A stretch of 64,000 bases of DNA from NCBI GenBank assembly GCA_965203965.1, contig CBDBDR010000017.1, positions 448,001 to 512,000 on the forward strand, given 5' to 3'. The position numbers were made by a program, and so were the translations under genes. Origin of the DNA: Thermodesulfobacteriota bacterium (GTDB taxonomy: Bacteria; Desulfobacterota_D; UBA1144; Nemesobacterales; JAJCZQ01). The notes below the pieces were generated by a model that had not been told where the DNA came from, searched no databases, and was given only the letters and a program-made list of their open reading frames with translations. Shown in pieces: positions 9,283 through 17,667 of this stretch (the stretch's first letter is position 1; each line of letters opens with the position of its first letter).

Positions 9283-10452
9283 ATGGTAGATATTAAAGAT
9301 GCAATTGAGGAGATAAGCAAAGGTAACCTTGTAATACTGGTTGATGATGAAGACCGCGAGAATGAAGGTGACCTTGTAATTGCAGCAGAACATGCAACTC
9401 CGGAAATTATTAACTTTATGGCAATACATGGCAGGGGTTTAATCTGCCTCGCCATAACTAGAGAGAATGCCGACAGGTTATCACTGCAGCCTATTAAGCC
9501 AGAAAATAATGACGTGCCCGAATATACTGCATTCACTATATCAATAGATGCTATAAGAGGAGTCACAACGGGTATTTCCGCTTTTGATAGAGCAAAAACT
9601 ATCGGCCTGGCTATATCGGAAGATTCAACTCCCCGTGATTTTATAAGACCTGGTCACGTCTTCCCTTTGGTTGCGAGAAAAGGTGGTGTTCTTGTCAGGG
9701 CTGGTCATACAGAGGGTTCGGTGGATTTAGCAAGAATTGCAGGACTTAAGCCTGCATCCGTAATTTGTGAAATTATGAAAGACGACGGCGATATGGCAAG
9801 ACTTAAAGATTTGAAGAAATTTTCAGAGAAGCACGGCATAAAAGTCGTAACTATTGCAGACATAATAAGCCACAGACTTCAAAATGAAACGTTAGTTAAT
9901 AAAGTTGCAGAAGCGGAGTTGCCCACTGAGTATGGGAGTTTCAGGTCAATGGTTTATGAAAGCGAAATTAATCTGGCTCACCATATTGCCCTCGTAAAAG
10001 GAAACATCAATCCCGATGAAGAGGTTCTGGTCAGAGTACACTCTGAATGTCTTGTCAGTGATGTTTTTAATACTCAAAACTTTGACAGCAGAGCAAATCT
10101 GATCAATTCAATGAGTATGATAGAAGATGAAGGTCTGGGAGTAATATTGTATATAAGGTCAGAGAGTTATGATGATAGGCTTGTCAATAAAATAAACAAC
10201 TATGCAAAAAATGGAAAATTTCCCGATCCTCTGGATGAAGGAAATTATCATGATTATAAAAATGAATTGAGAAACTACGGTATTGGTGCGCAAATTTTAC
10301 GTGACTTGAACTTAAAAAAAATTAAGCTCCTAACAAATAATCCAAAGAAGGTAAAAGGATTAGAAGGATTTGGCATGAAAATAGTAGAGAGAGTCCCCAT
10401 TAAGAAACCCGAGAAAGGGAATAACTGCTTTGAATTGAAAAAAATCAGCTAA
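9283..10452 (+). CDS. ribB: DHBP synthase fused to a degenerate GTP cyclohydrolase II domain (RibBA/RibBX type)
   Basis: DDEDRENEGD, PGHVFPL, RAGHTE intact; GCHII part reads RVHSECLVSDVFNTQNFDS and lacks the RCDC zinc ligands. Confidence 0.9.
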   Translation: MVDIKDAIEEISKGNLVILVDDEDRENEGDLVIAAEHATPEIINFMAIHGRGLICLAITRENADRLSLQPIKPENNDVPEYTAFTISIDAIRGVTTGISAFDRAKTIGLAISEDSTPRDFIRPGHVFPLVARKGGVLVRAGHTEGSVDLARIAGLKPASVICEIMKDDGDMARLKDLKKFSEKHGIKVVTIADIISHRLQNETLVNKVAEAELPTEYGSFRSMVYESEINLAHHIALVKGNINPDEEVLVRVHSECLVSDVFNTQNFDSRANLINSMSMIEDEGLGVILYIRSESYDDRLVNKINNYAKNGKFPDPLDEGNYHDYKNELRNYGIGAQILRDLNLKKIKLLTNNPKKVKGLEGFGMKIVERVPIKKPEKGNNCFELKKIS

Positions 10453-10496
10453 TAGAACTGTTAAATGATATACTCAATTAAATAAAAGGGTAGAAA

Positions 10497-10958
10497 ATGG
10501 CAATCAAAGAAGGTTCATTAAACGCAAGAGGTCTGAAATTTGCAATAGTCAAAAGCAAGGTCAATGAATTAGTTACCAAACAGTTACTTGAAGGTGCAAA
10601 AAATACCCTGATAAGGCACGGCGCGTTGGAATCTGATCTGGATATCATCAAGGTGCCAGGTTCCTTTGAATTGCCTCTTGCTGTTTTAAGTGTTATTAAA
10701 ACGAAAAAATACAATGCTGTGATTGCTATCGGTACTATTATCAAGGGACAGACCTTACATTATGAGATCTTATCTACACAAGTTACAAATGATCTTTCCA
10801 GAGTTTCTCTAGATACTGGGGTACCCGTAACTCTCGGTGTTGTAACAACTGATAGTGTAGAACAGGCAATTGATAGGGCAGGGGTTAAGGGTGGTAACAG
10901 GGGAAGTGATGCTGCTCTGTCCGCAATTGAAATGGCAAATCTCGTTAAATCAATCTGA
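10497..10958 (+). CDS. ribH: Lumazine synthase
   Basis: VPGSFELP, IKGQTLHY, EQAIDRAG, AIEMANL. Confidence 0.93.
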   Translation: MAIKEGSLNARGLKFAIVKSKVNELVTKQLLEGAKNTLIRHGALESDLDIIKVPGSFELPLAVLSVIKTKKYNAVIAIGTIIKGQTLHYEILSTQVTNDLSRVSLDTGVPVTLGVVTTDSVEQAIDRAGVKGGNRGSDAALSAIEMANLVKSI

Positions 10959-10963
10959 CTTCA

Positions 10964-11416
10964 ATGATGGGAAAGCGAAGACTCGCAAGAGAGTGTGCGC
11001 TGGAATTTCTTTATCAAATAGACACTTTGTCCTATAATGAGGATGAGGAGAATTTGGATTTTGATAAGGAATTGAGCAATTTTTTTCTTTCCAAAGAAAA
11101 CAATACCCTAGATGAAAACACAAAAGAATTTATGACCTTTCTTGCAACTGGCGTGTATGAAAATTTTGAAAACATTGATCGGATTATTGCTCAATATTCT
11201 GATAACTGGAGTATCTCAAGAATGGCCAGAATTGACCGCAATGTTTTAAGACTTGCCGTTTATGAGATGATGAGTTTAGTTGATATCCCCCACACTGTTA
11301 CTATAAATGAAGCCGTTGATATTGCTAAACAATACGGAACCAATGAGTCCGGGGCATTTATTAATGGGATTATAGACAGGGTCAGAATAGCTTTTGAAAG
11401 AGGTGAATGCAAATGA
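10964..11416 (+). CDS. nusB: Transcription antitermination factor NusB
   Basis: RRLARECALEFLYQ, DRNVLRLA, INEAVDIAKQY, FINGIID; follows ribH. Confidence 0.94.
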   Translation: MMGKRRLARECALEFLYQIDTLSYNEDEENLDFDKELSNFFLSKENNTLDENTKEFMTFLATGVYENFENIDRIIAQYSDNWSISRMARIDRNVLRLAVYEMMSLVDIPHTVTINEAVDIAKQYGTNESGAFINGIIDRVRIAFERGECK

Positions 11417-12441
11417 TTGTTGAAACAATTTCAAAATTGGTGAGAAGATTGGATTTAGAGGAGAATGAGATTTCACAAATATTTGAAAAGATGATGAATG
11501 GGGAACTCACTAACAGTCAGATAGCAACGATTATTGTTGCCTTGAGAATTAAAGGTGAAACAATAGAAGAAATTACAGGCGTATCAAAAACCATGTCAGA
11601 TAAAGCTGTCCGAATCAATCATTCCTATGACAATGTTGTGGACCTTTGTGGAACAGGAGGAGACAATCACGGAACTTTTAATATTTCAACTGCAGCTTCA
11701 TTTGTGGTTGCCGGTGCCGGGGTCCCAGTTGCTAAACATGGGAACAGGTCTGTTTCCAGTTTAGTAGGTAGTGCCGACGTTCTTGGAGAGCTTGGTATAA
11801 ATATCAACCTGGACACCGTCGGTGCTGAAAAATGTCTGGAAGAAGTAGGAATTACCTTCCTATTTGCCCCAAATTATCATCCGGCGATGAAAAACGTCGC
11901 AGCAGTAAGAAAAGAGATTGGAATCAGAACAATTTTTAATTTGATTGGACCAATGTTAAATCCTGCAAAAGTTAAGCGTCAGGTCGTTGGTGTGTATAGT
12001 GAATTTTTACTGGAACCCGTTGCCAAAGTCTTAAGAAGTTTAGGCTCCGAGCATGTGCTTGTTGTTCACGGTTCTGATTCTATGGATGAAATCACGGTTA
12101 CAGGTACAACGCTATTTGCAGAGTTAAAAGACGGAATAGTTAAAAAACGCCTGTTTGACCCAATGAAAATGGGATTTAAGAAGCGCAAGCTGAATGAGCT
12201 TATCGGTGGCAGGAACAAAAGAGAAAATGCCGATATAATACTTTCTATTTTAAAAGGAGAAGGCTCCGAAGCAAGAAGAGATATTACCTTGTTGAACGCA
12301 GCTGCAGGTATCTTGGTGTCTGGTAAAGTTGCCAAATTCAGCGAGGCTACAGAGATTGCAAAAGACTCACTTGATAACTGTAACGCTATGAAGAAATTAG
12401 AAAAATTAGTAGAATTTACTAGTAGCTGGAAAAAACCGTAA
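11413..12441 (+). CDS. trpD: Anthranilate phosphoribosyltransferase
   Basis: DLCGTGGD, FNISTA, KHGNRSVSS, GSADVL. Confidence 0.95.
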   Translation: MIVETISKLVRRLDLEENEISQIFEKMMNGELTNSQIATIIVALRIKGETIEEITGVSKTMSDKAVRINHSYDNVVDLCGTGGDNHGTFNISTAASFVVAGAGVPVAKHGNRSVSSLVGSADVLGELGININLDTVGAEKCLEEVGITFLFAPNYHPAMKNVAAVRKEIGIRTIFNLIGPMLNPAKVKRQVVGVYSEFLLEPVAKVLRSLGSEHVLVVHGSDSMDEITVTGTTLFAELKDGIVKKRLFDPMKMGFKKRKLNELIGGRNKRENADIILSILKGEGSEARRDITLLNAAAGILVSGKVAKFSEATEIAKDSLDNCNAMKKLEKLVEFTSSWKKP

Positions 12442-13247
12442 TGATCATTGATGACATTATTGAGTATAAAAAATCCGAACTGAAAAACTCAATTGAAATA
12501 AAACCCTTGAGGGAAATAGAAGAAGAAATCAAAAAAGTTTCCCCTCCGAAAGATTTTTATGACTTGATGTCAAAAAACAGAGGCTTAAAGATAATACCGG
12601 AAGTAAAAAAGAGCTCTCCTTCCAAAGGTATGCTGTGCAGGAATTTTGATCCTGTAAAAATTGCCAAATCATACGATGATAACGGTGCTTTTGCAATATC
12701 CGTGCTGACCGATAAGAAGTTTTTTGACGGCGACCTAAAATACTTATATAACATAAGAAAAGAAATTAATTTACCACTCCTGAGAAAGGATTTTACAATT
12801 GATGCTTATCAAATCTATGAGGCACGTTTACACGGTGCGGATATTATACTTTTAATTGCTTCTGTGCTGGATCTATCACAGATCATTGAATTTCTAAGTA
12901 TCACCCATACACTTGGAATGAGTGCAATTGTTGAGGTGCACGATAAAAACGAGCTTATTGAAAAAGCTATTAGAGCTGAGAGTCGGATCATCGGCATAAA
13001 CAACAGAGATTTAAAGACCTTTCAAGTGAATCTGAGCACCACGGAAGATTTGATTGAGTATGTTCCACACAACACACAAGTAATTAGCGAGAGTGGGATT
13101 GGCAAACCGCTTCACGTCAAAAGATTGATGGAATTAGGAATAAATAGTTTTTTAATCGGAGAGACTTTTATGAACTCTCCGTATCCCGGGGATAAACTCC
13201 GCGAATTTATCAGTGAGATCAAAGCAGAGACCCAAGTAATTCAATGA
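12441..13247 (+). CDS. trpC: Indole-3-glycerol phosphate synthase
   Basis: EVKKSSPSKG, SVLTD, LRKDF, GINNRDL, SESGI. Confidence 0.95.
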   Translation: MIIDDIIEYKKSELKNSIEIKPLREIEEEIKKVSPPKDFYDLMSKNRGLKIIPEVKKSSPSKGMLCRNFDPVKIAKSYDDNGAFAISVLTDKKFFDGDLKYLYNIRKEINLPLLRKDFTIDAYQIYEARLHGADIILLIASVLDLSQIIEFLSITHTLGMSAIVEVHDKNELIEKAIRAESRIIGINNRDLKTFQVNLSTTEDLIEYVPHNTQVISESGIGKPLHVKRLMELGINSFLIGETFMNSPYPGDKLREFISEIKAETQVIQ

Positions 13248-13567
13248 GTGATGAAGATAAAAAAGTCAATAGAAATGTGAAGAAGCCGATTGTTGCAATT
13301 ATACTGTCTGTGATTCTGCCGGGTCTCGGGCAAATATACAATTCACAGGTGAGAAAAGGGCTTTTCTTCATTGGGCTTAATATAGTCATAAATTTCTTGA
13401 TAAAAGAGCCTTTATCAGCGGTAATGAGTGATCCAGAAAACGTCAGTCGGCATAATATGATTGTGTTCACAGGGTATTTACTAGCAGGAACTGTATTGTG
13501 GATATACGCAATAGTTGATGCAAGAAAAAACGCATATAAAATAAATGAGGAAACTAATAAAACATAG
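13244..13567 (+). CDS. Small membrane protein (PGLGQIY motif, TM2/DUF5683-like)
   Basis: AIILSVILPGLGQIYN plus 2-3 TM helices. Confidence 0.6.
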   Translation: MSDEDKKVNRNVKKPIVAIILSVILPGLGQIYNSQVRKGLFFIGLNIVINFLIKEPLSAVMSDPENVSRHNMIVFTGYLLAGTVLWIYAIVDARKNAYKINEETNKT

Positions 13568-13588
13568 TTTGCGAGGAGTTTAATTATA

Positions 13589-14104
13589 ATGGAGAAAAGA
13601 ACATCAGTTGTAACACTTAAAGGTAATCCGCTAACATTAATAGGAGGGGAAATTAAGATTGGAGACAAAGCTCCTGATTTTAAGGCACAGGAAGGTCTTG
13701 GCAATTTTGTTTCTCTGTCCAATTTCAAGGGTAAGATAAAGTTGTTTAATGTGATAGTTTCTGTTGATACTCCCGTGTGTGATGTTCAGACCAGAAAATT
13801 CAATGACGAATCTTCAATTTTGTCGGATGACGTTGAAGTATTGACCGTCAGTATGGACTTGCCTTTTGCACAAAGCAGGTATTGTGGAAATGCAGGGATT
13901 GAAAAATTAAGAAATATTTCTGATCACCAGCATGCTTCATTCGGAGAGTCCTATGGAGTGTTAATCAAAGAAAACCGCTTATTGGCAAGAGCAATTTTTG
14001 TAGTTGATAAAGATGACATTGTAAAACACGTTGAATACGTGAAAGAAATATCCGAAGAACCGAATTATAATGCAGCTTTGGACGTTGTAAGGTCTCTGGT
14101 ATGA
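13589..14104 (+). CDS. tpx: Thiol peroxidase
   Basis: SVDTPVCDVQTRKFN, SMDLPFAQSRYC, LLARAIFVVD. Confidence 0.93.
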   Translation: MEKRTSVVTLKGNPLTLIGGEIKIGDKAPDFKAQEGLGNFVSLSNFKGKIKLFNVIVSVDTPVCDVQTRKFNDESSILSDDVEVLTVSMDLPFAQSRYCGNAGIEKLRNISDHQHASFGESYGVLIKENRLLARAIFVVDKDDIVKHVEYVKEISEEPNYNAALDVVRSLV

Positions 14105-14161
14105 TTACAGAGTAGTTCATTTAACACTTCGTGATACTTGAGCTTTTAGGAGAAAAGATAA

Positions 14162-14464
14162 TTGCCCATAACTGAAGAAAAGGTTTATGAAATACTCGGT
14201 GATATATATGACCCAGAGATCCCTGTTGACATAGTCAATCTTGGTTTGGTTTACGGAGTGGAAATACAAGATAACACCGTCAACGTGAACATGACAATGA
14301 CATCTCCCGGCTGTCCCGCAGCAACCCAAATAGTAACCGAAGCAAAACTGCTTCTTGAAGATATACCTGAAATATCTGCAGCAAACATAGAAATTGTATG
14401 GGATCCACCTTGGAGTCCCAGTATGATGAGTGATGATGCCAAAGAGAGTTTAGGGATGTTTTAA
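14162..14464 (+). CDS. DUF59 / SufT-like Fe-S cluster assembly protein
   Basis: DPEIPVDIVNLGLVY, TMTSPGCP, VWDPPW. Confidence 0.9.
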   Translation: MPITEEKVYEILGDIYDPEIPVDIVNLGLVYGVEIQDNTVNVNMTMTSPGCPAATQIVTEAKLLLEDIPEISAANIEIVWDPPWSPSMMSDDAKESLGMF

Positions 14465-14760
14465 ATTTCAAGAATTATTAGAATCAAACCACTCATTAAA
14501 TTCTGACGGAAACAACTCTAACATTTTTTCACAAGGCATGTTGTAACCACACCTCGGGCACGTAAGCGTTGACCGCAGAGGTAACAAGGTCTGCAACGAT
14601 CTTTGTCTCTCCAAGCCTGACGGCAATGCTATACCTTCTGGAAAGACAAATTTCCCCAAAACGCTACATTTTCCCCAAATTTCTACTTTCGTAGATGAAA
14701 AATTTGACGCCACCGAAAAATGTGGCAAACGACGGGTTGAGAGTAGAGGTAGAGTTTATC

Positions 14761-14880
14761 TCCCCTTGAAATCCCCTTTCCCTCCTCGCTGGGTTTTCCC
14801 AAGGGGAGGGATTTTTTTAACCACCTTTTTTTAACCACCCCGTCAGGCTTTGCCTGCCACCCCTCCATAGGAGGGGAATT
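14761..14880. repeat. GC-rich palindromic (REP-like) element cluster
   Basis: Nested inverted repeats AAATCCC...GGGATTT, CAGGC-TTT-GCCTG, CCCCTCC-ATA-GGAGGGG; tandem TTTTTTAACCACC; related copy at 40430-40475. Confidence 0.6.
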
Positions 14881-14983
14881 ATTTAAACATCTACTCTTAT
14901 TTGCAACTGCTAACTCACTGTATTTATTGCATTTTTTGCTATATTTCCATTTAAGACAAATGCGTTGCGCTTAAAGAGGGGAA

Positions 14984-14995
14984 TTGACAAATAGC
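14984..14995 (+). repeat. 12-bp direct repeat TTGACAAATAGC (left copy)
   Basis: Identical to 15975-15986; abuts the stop codon of ORF 14995-15363. Confidence 0.75.
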
Positions 14996-15363
14996 TATCT
15001 GTCTGCAAATAACCCCTTGATAATAACCATAGACAGTGCAATCACGTTAATAGTAGTTGCTGCCAACAAGGTTATGAGGACAGTGTTGGAATAAAGGGCT
15101 ATGGAGTAGAAGAAATTGGACGCTCCAACAAATATTAACACCACTGCTATAAAAATAAGCCAACTGGAAACTATCCGCCTTGCCCAAGTTGCAAACTTTC
15201 CTCGCAACTCCTGCTTTTGCTTTTCCGCATTGATCTGGAGGTTTTGCAAGCGATCTTGCAGTATGGTTTGCTCATCAGGCGAGTCTTTACTCGGTTGTTT
15301 CTGAGCCTTTTCAAGTGTTTCAGGAAATCCTGTTCTTTGTTCCCCGCTCTTGCACATACCCAA
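14995..15363 (-). CDS. Two-TM membrane protein, putative toxin partner of the Panacea antitoxin
   Basis: Starts immediately after the Panacea stop; coiled N-terminus plus two hydrophobic helices; toxin role is inferred from context. Confidence 0.6.
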   Translation of the reverse strand: MGMCKSGEQRTGFPETLEKAQKQPSKDSPDEQTILQDRLQNLQINAEKQKQELRGKFATWARRIVSSWLIFIAVVLIFVGASNFFYSIALYSNTVLITLLAATTINVIALSMVIIKGLFADR

Positions 15364-15870
15364 TCAATTCAAACTGTCATACAGATCTGTATAATATTTC
15401 CGAATGAGATTTTTTGGTATTTCTTTGCTAGGAGTGTTATCAAAGGTGTCCCACCACGGAGTGCCTTTTTTGTGTGTTAGGTCAATCAGATGTTCAGCCG
15501 GAGCGTGTTTATACGCATTCCAAATGGTTTTCAAAATTCCAAGCACTTCTTTGTCAGTAATATCTTCTTCCGTTGGTTTTTTGGGCTCTTCGTTACCAAA
15601 CGGATCATACAAAGTCGCACGACGATCTTTTATAGGGCCTTTGCCATATTCCCGAAGCTCATAATAAAGCGAAGGAACCACCGGACCATATCTCCAAGCC
15701 TCTATGCGATCAGTAAACAGATCGGCATTCTTAGCTACACTGAACCAACCGAAAAAGATGTAGACCAATTTGAGAAGTTTCAAAATACTTACGTCTGTAA
15801 CATTGTCCTTCTCTGCATTGTCCAAAATAAAGTTAGCTATGTGTGCTGCTTTGTATGTGCTTTGCTGCAC
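15364..15870 (-). CDS. Panacea-domain (DUF4065/SocA/GepA-like) antitoxin
   Basis: IANFIL, LKLLKLVY, LFTDRIEAWRYGPVVPSLY, LIDLTHKKGTPW; AGGAGG RBS before the GTG start. Confidence 0.9.
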   Translation of the reverse strand: MQQSTYKAAHIANFILDNAEKDNVTDVSILKLLKLVYIFFGWFSVAKNADLFTDRIEAWRYGPVVPSLYYELREYGKGPIKDRRATLYDPFGNEEPKKPTEEDITDKEVLGILKTIWNAYKHAPAEHLIDLTHKKGTPWWDTFDNTPSKEIPKNLIRKYYTDLYDSLN

Positions 15871-15908
15871 AGGACACCTCCTGTCGTTTTTTTGGAGTAA
15901 TGTTTTAA

Positions 15909-15938
15909 ACTATAACACTATACCAACCAACTTGACAA
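15909..15938 (-). promoter_or_regulatory. Putative promoter of the Panacea operon
   Basis: Minus strand TTGTCA-N18-TATAGT with an extended -10 TGn. Confidence 0.45.
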
Positions 15939-15974
15939 CTACTATTGGTCAGGATCCCTGTCAGGGCAGAGTGG

Positions 15975-16003
15975 TTGACAAATAGCACTACACGTGCTAT
16001 ATA
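15975..16003 (+). promoter_or_regulatory. Sigma70 promoter of ncRNA-1 with a palindromic operator; includes the right 12-bp direct repeat
   Basis: TTGACA-N17-TATATA with TGn; perfect ATAGCAC-N5-GTGCTAT palindrome at 15982-16000. Confidence 0.7.
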
Positions 16004-16008
16004 AACAG

Positions 16009-16146
16009 TTAAGAGCATGTGGCAAATTCTCCATGCGAAACGCTGAGGATATTCCTGATATCCAAAGGTTAGCCACAGGATGGTCAGAAAGGGTTGTTGG
16101 AGTCCTTAAGCATGTTCAAGGGAGCGTCAGGGGTTCCCTTTTTTTT
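16009..16146 (+). ncRNA. Unnamed structured ncRNA-1, convergent with the MuF-PBECR gene
   Basis: Own promoter and terminator; helices covary with the paralog at 18095-18232; loop UCCUG is complementary to loop CAGGA. Confidence 0.75.
16118..16146 (+). terminator. Intrinsic terminator of ncRNA-1, overlapping the MuF stop codon
   Basis: AAGGGAGC-GTCAGGG-GTTCCCTT followed by a T tract. Confidence 0.8.
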
Positions 16147-17347
16147 GTAGCTTTTCTTGTGCCAGAAGTTCTTTCACTTGAGACGTTCTTATCCGATGGA
16201 TGGTTGTCAAAAAGATTTCGTCAGTCCCCTCTACAGATTTCACGATCGCTCTTAAAAACTTTTTTGGCTGGTATTCCTGTATGAAGTGCGACTCTACTCC
16301 TTTTGTTGCAACAATCGCTTGTGAGTTATCTATGATCTTCTGCGTATCGGCGTAGTTTGCGATCTTGATATTTGAATGCTTGTCAAGATGACCTACAAGC
16401 GTTTCCTGAGATAGAAGCACTGTATGCCCGTTAGTTTTAAGGGCTTTGGAGACCTCTGCGGGGACGACCCCAACTGGAAAGAACTCTTCGCTTTTTTTGT
16501 TCACCCATATTTTAAATTGATCTCCAGACAACATATCCTGCGTAAAATCACGAGCGATACGTGGCGTGAAATTGTTTAAGTTTGGCAACCAAGACCGTTT
16601 GCCCGGATTAAAGCCAAAGCTGGCGTGTGGCAACACTACTTTGCCAGTGGGAAGGCGGTATCCGGTAAGGTTTACGCTCTTTGGGTTGTTGACAGTGCCA
16701 ATTTCAACCTTGCTTCTCACCAGCTTGCCTTTTGAACTGCTAACCTCCCATTCTCTGCTGGTTATCTGTTGTTGGGTCAACGTCCGTTTGTTGCAACGGC
16801 AGTTGTAATCCAGCGGTGGAGTAAAAGTGTTCCAGAATGGATCATCAACCGGAAATATACTGCCGTCAAGCTCAGCGTGGCTTTCCCGAGTGCGGGAATC
16901 ATGCAGTGCGATAAATTGAGCAAAAGGACGGCGCTTTTTATTTTTCTCAATAGACGCTTCCCTGCCCGCAGCATAGGCAGATAGTAGGTTTGTGCGATAG
17001 ATAGTTTTTAAGCGGTGCGGGGGGAACTTCTGAGGAATTACCTCTCCTGTTTTTTTGTTTATTTTTTCTGCACCTTTCCAGCCTCCCTTTTGTAGCTTTG
17101 GTTCAAGTTCTTTTTTGAACTGCTGAAAAGTCTTGCCATCGGTCAAAGCCCCGTCAAGTGCCGTTTTTATATCTTTTAAAAGGTCTATTTTTGCGACATT
17201 TGCAACGGTGAAAACGTGTGCATGAGCTTCGCCAAGCACCTCACGCCAACCACGCGAGACCTTGTATTGCCTTGATCTTAGGTAATTGACTGCCTGCTCG
17301 GGCGTCCTTCTAAACATAAAGTTCAGGTTAATTGTTTTCGGGGGCAT
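16127..17347 (-). CDS. Phage Mu gpF (MuF) head morphogenesis protein with a C-terminal PBECR2-like putative RNase/toxin domain
   Basis: MuF motifs RLKTIYRTNLLSAYAAGR, DSRTRESHAELDG, DDPFWNTFTPPLDYNCRC, FGFNPG; C-terminal FPVGVV...LLSQETL...H..KH...Y...AIVK...EIFLTTIHR (PBECR2 assignment by eye). Confidence 0.85.
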   Translation of the reverse strand: MPPKTINLNFMFRRTPEQAVNYLRSRQYKVSRGWREVLGEAHAHVFTVANVAKIDLLKDIKTALDGALTDGKTFQQFKKELEPKLQKGGWKGAEKINKKTGEVIPQKFPPHRLKTIYRTNLLSAYAAGREASIEKNKKRRPFAQFIALHDSRTRESHAELDGSIFPVDDPFWNTFTPPLDYNCRCNKRTLTQQQITSREWEVSSSKGKLVRSKVEIGTVNNPKSVNLTGYRLPTGKVVLPHASFGFNPGKRSWLPNLNNFTPRIARDFTQDMLSGDQFKIWVNKKSEEFFPVGVVPAEVSKALKTNGHTVLLSQETLVGHLDKHSNIKIANYADTQKIIDNSQAIVATKGVESHFIQEYQPKKFLRAIVKSVEGTDEIFLTTIHRIRTSQVKELLAQEKLQKKGNP

Positions 17348-17573
17348 TGCTTATCTCTCCCCATAGGCGGGCTATTACCCATTTGTTTTCAAGGCTTTTT
17401 TAAGAGGAATTCAAACGGGGAAACGACCCTTGTTAAACACCGATTAAACCCTATTTAAAGTGTCAATAATTCCACCAAAAGATCTCTTTAATCCGAACTT
17501 CTCCGGGATTCATAGTGTGAACTTATATACTGTTTGCAGTTGATTATTTCTTTGTTCTAATTACGCAATTTGC

Positions 17574-17666
17574 AAAAAGCTCATCAACCCAAAAACGGGC
17601 GAGATAACAAAGTTTGCACCGCACTGCCTAAAAACTATTTATCATACAAATCTACTATCTGCCTAA
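17574..17666 (+). pseudogene. Remnant of the N-terminal MuF region of the second paralog
   Basis: Translates to KKLINPKTGEITKFAPHCLKTIYHTNLLSA*, matching EKINKKTGEVIPQKFPPHRLKTIYRTNLLSAY in the intact copy. Confidence 0.8.
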
Positions 17667-17667
17667 C

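Noticed and set aside
14468..14868. Short minus-strand ORFs (86 aa with CPRC; 61 aa)
   Set aside because: No recognisable family or RBS; the 61-aa ORF just reads through the palindromic repeats.
16044..16105. ncRNAs as hammerhead ribozymes or c-di-GMP riboswitches (CUGAG, GGCAAA, GUC motifs)
   Set aside because: The hammerhead CUGANGA...GAAA core and the GEMM consensus are not satisfied in both copies, and no downstream gene exists to regulate; only an Rfam search can fully exclude known families.
15994..16284. 96-aa plus-strand ORF as a possible immunity protein for MuF
   Set aside because: It starts inside the promoter, crosses a terminator, runs antisense into MuF and has no counterpart at the second copy; conservation there is of RNA pairing, not codons.
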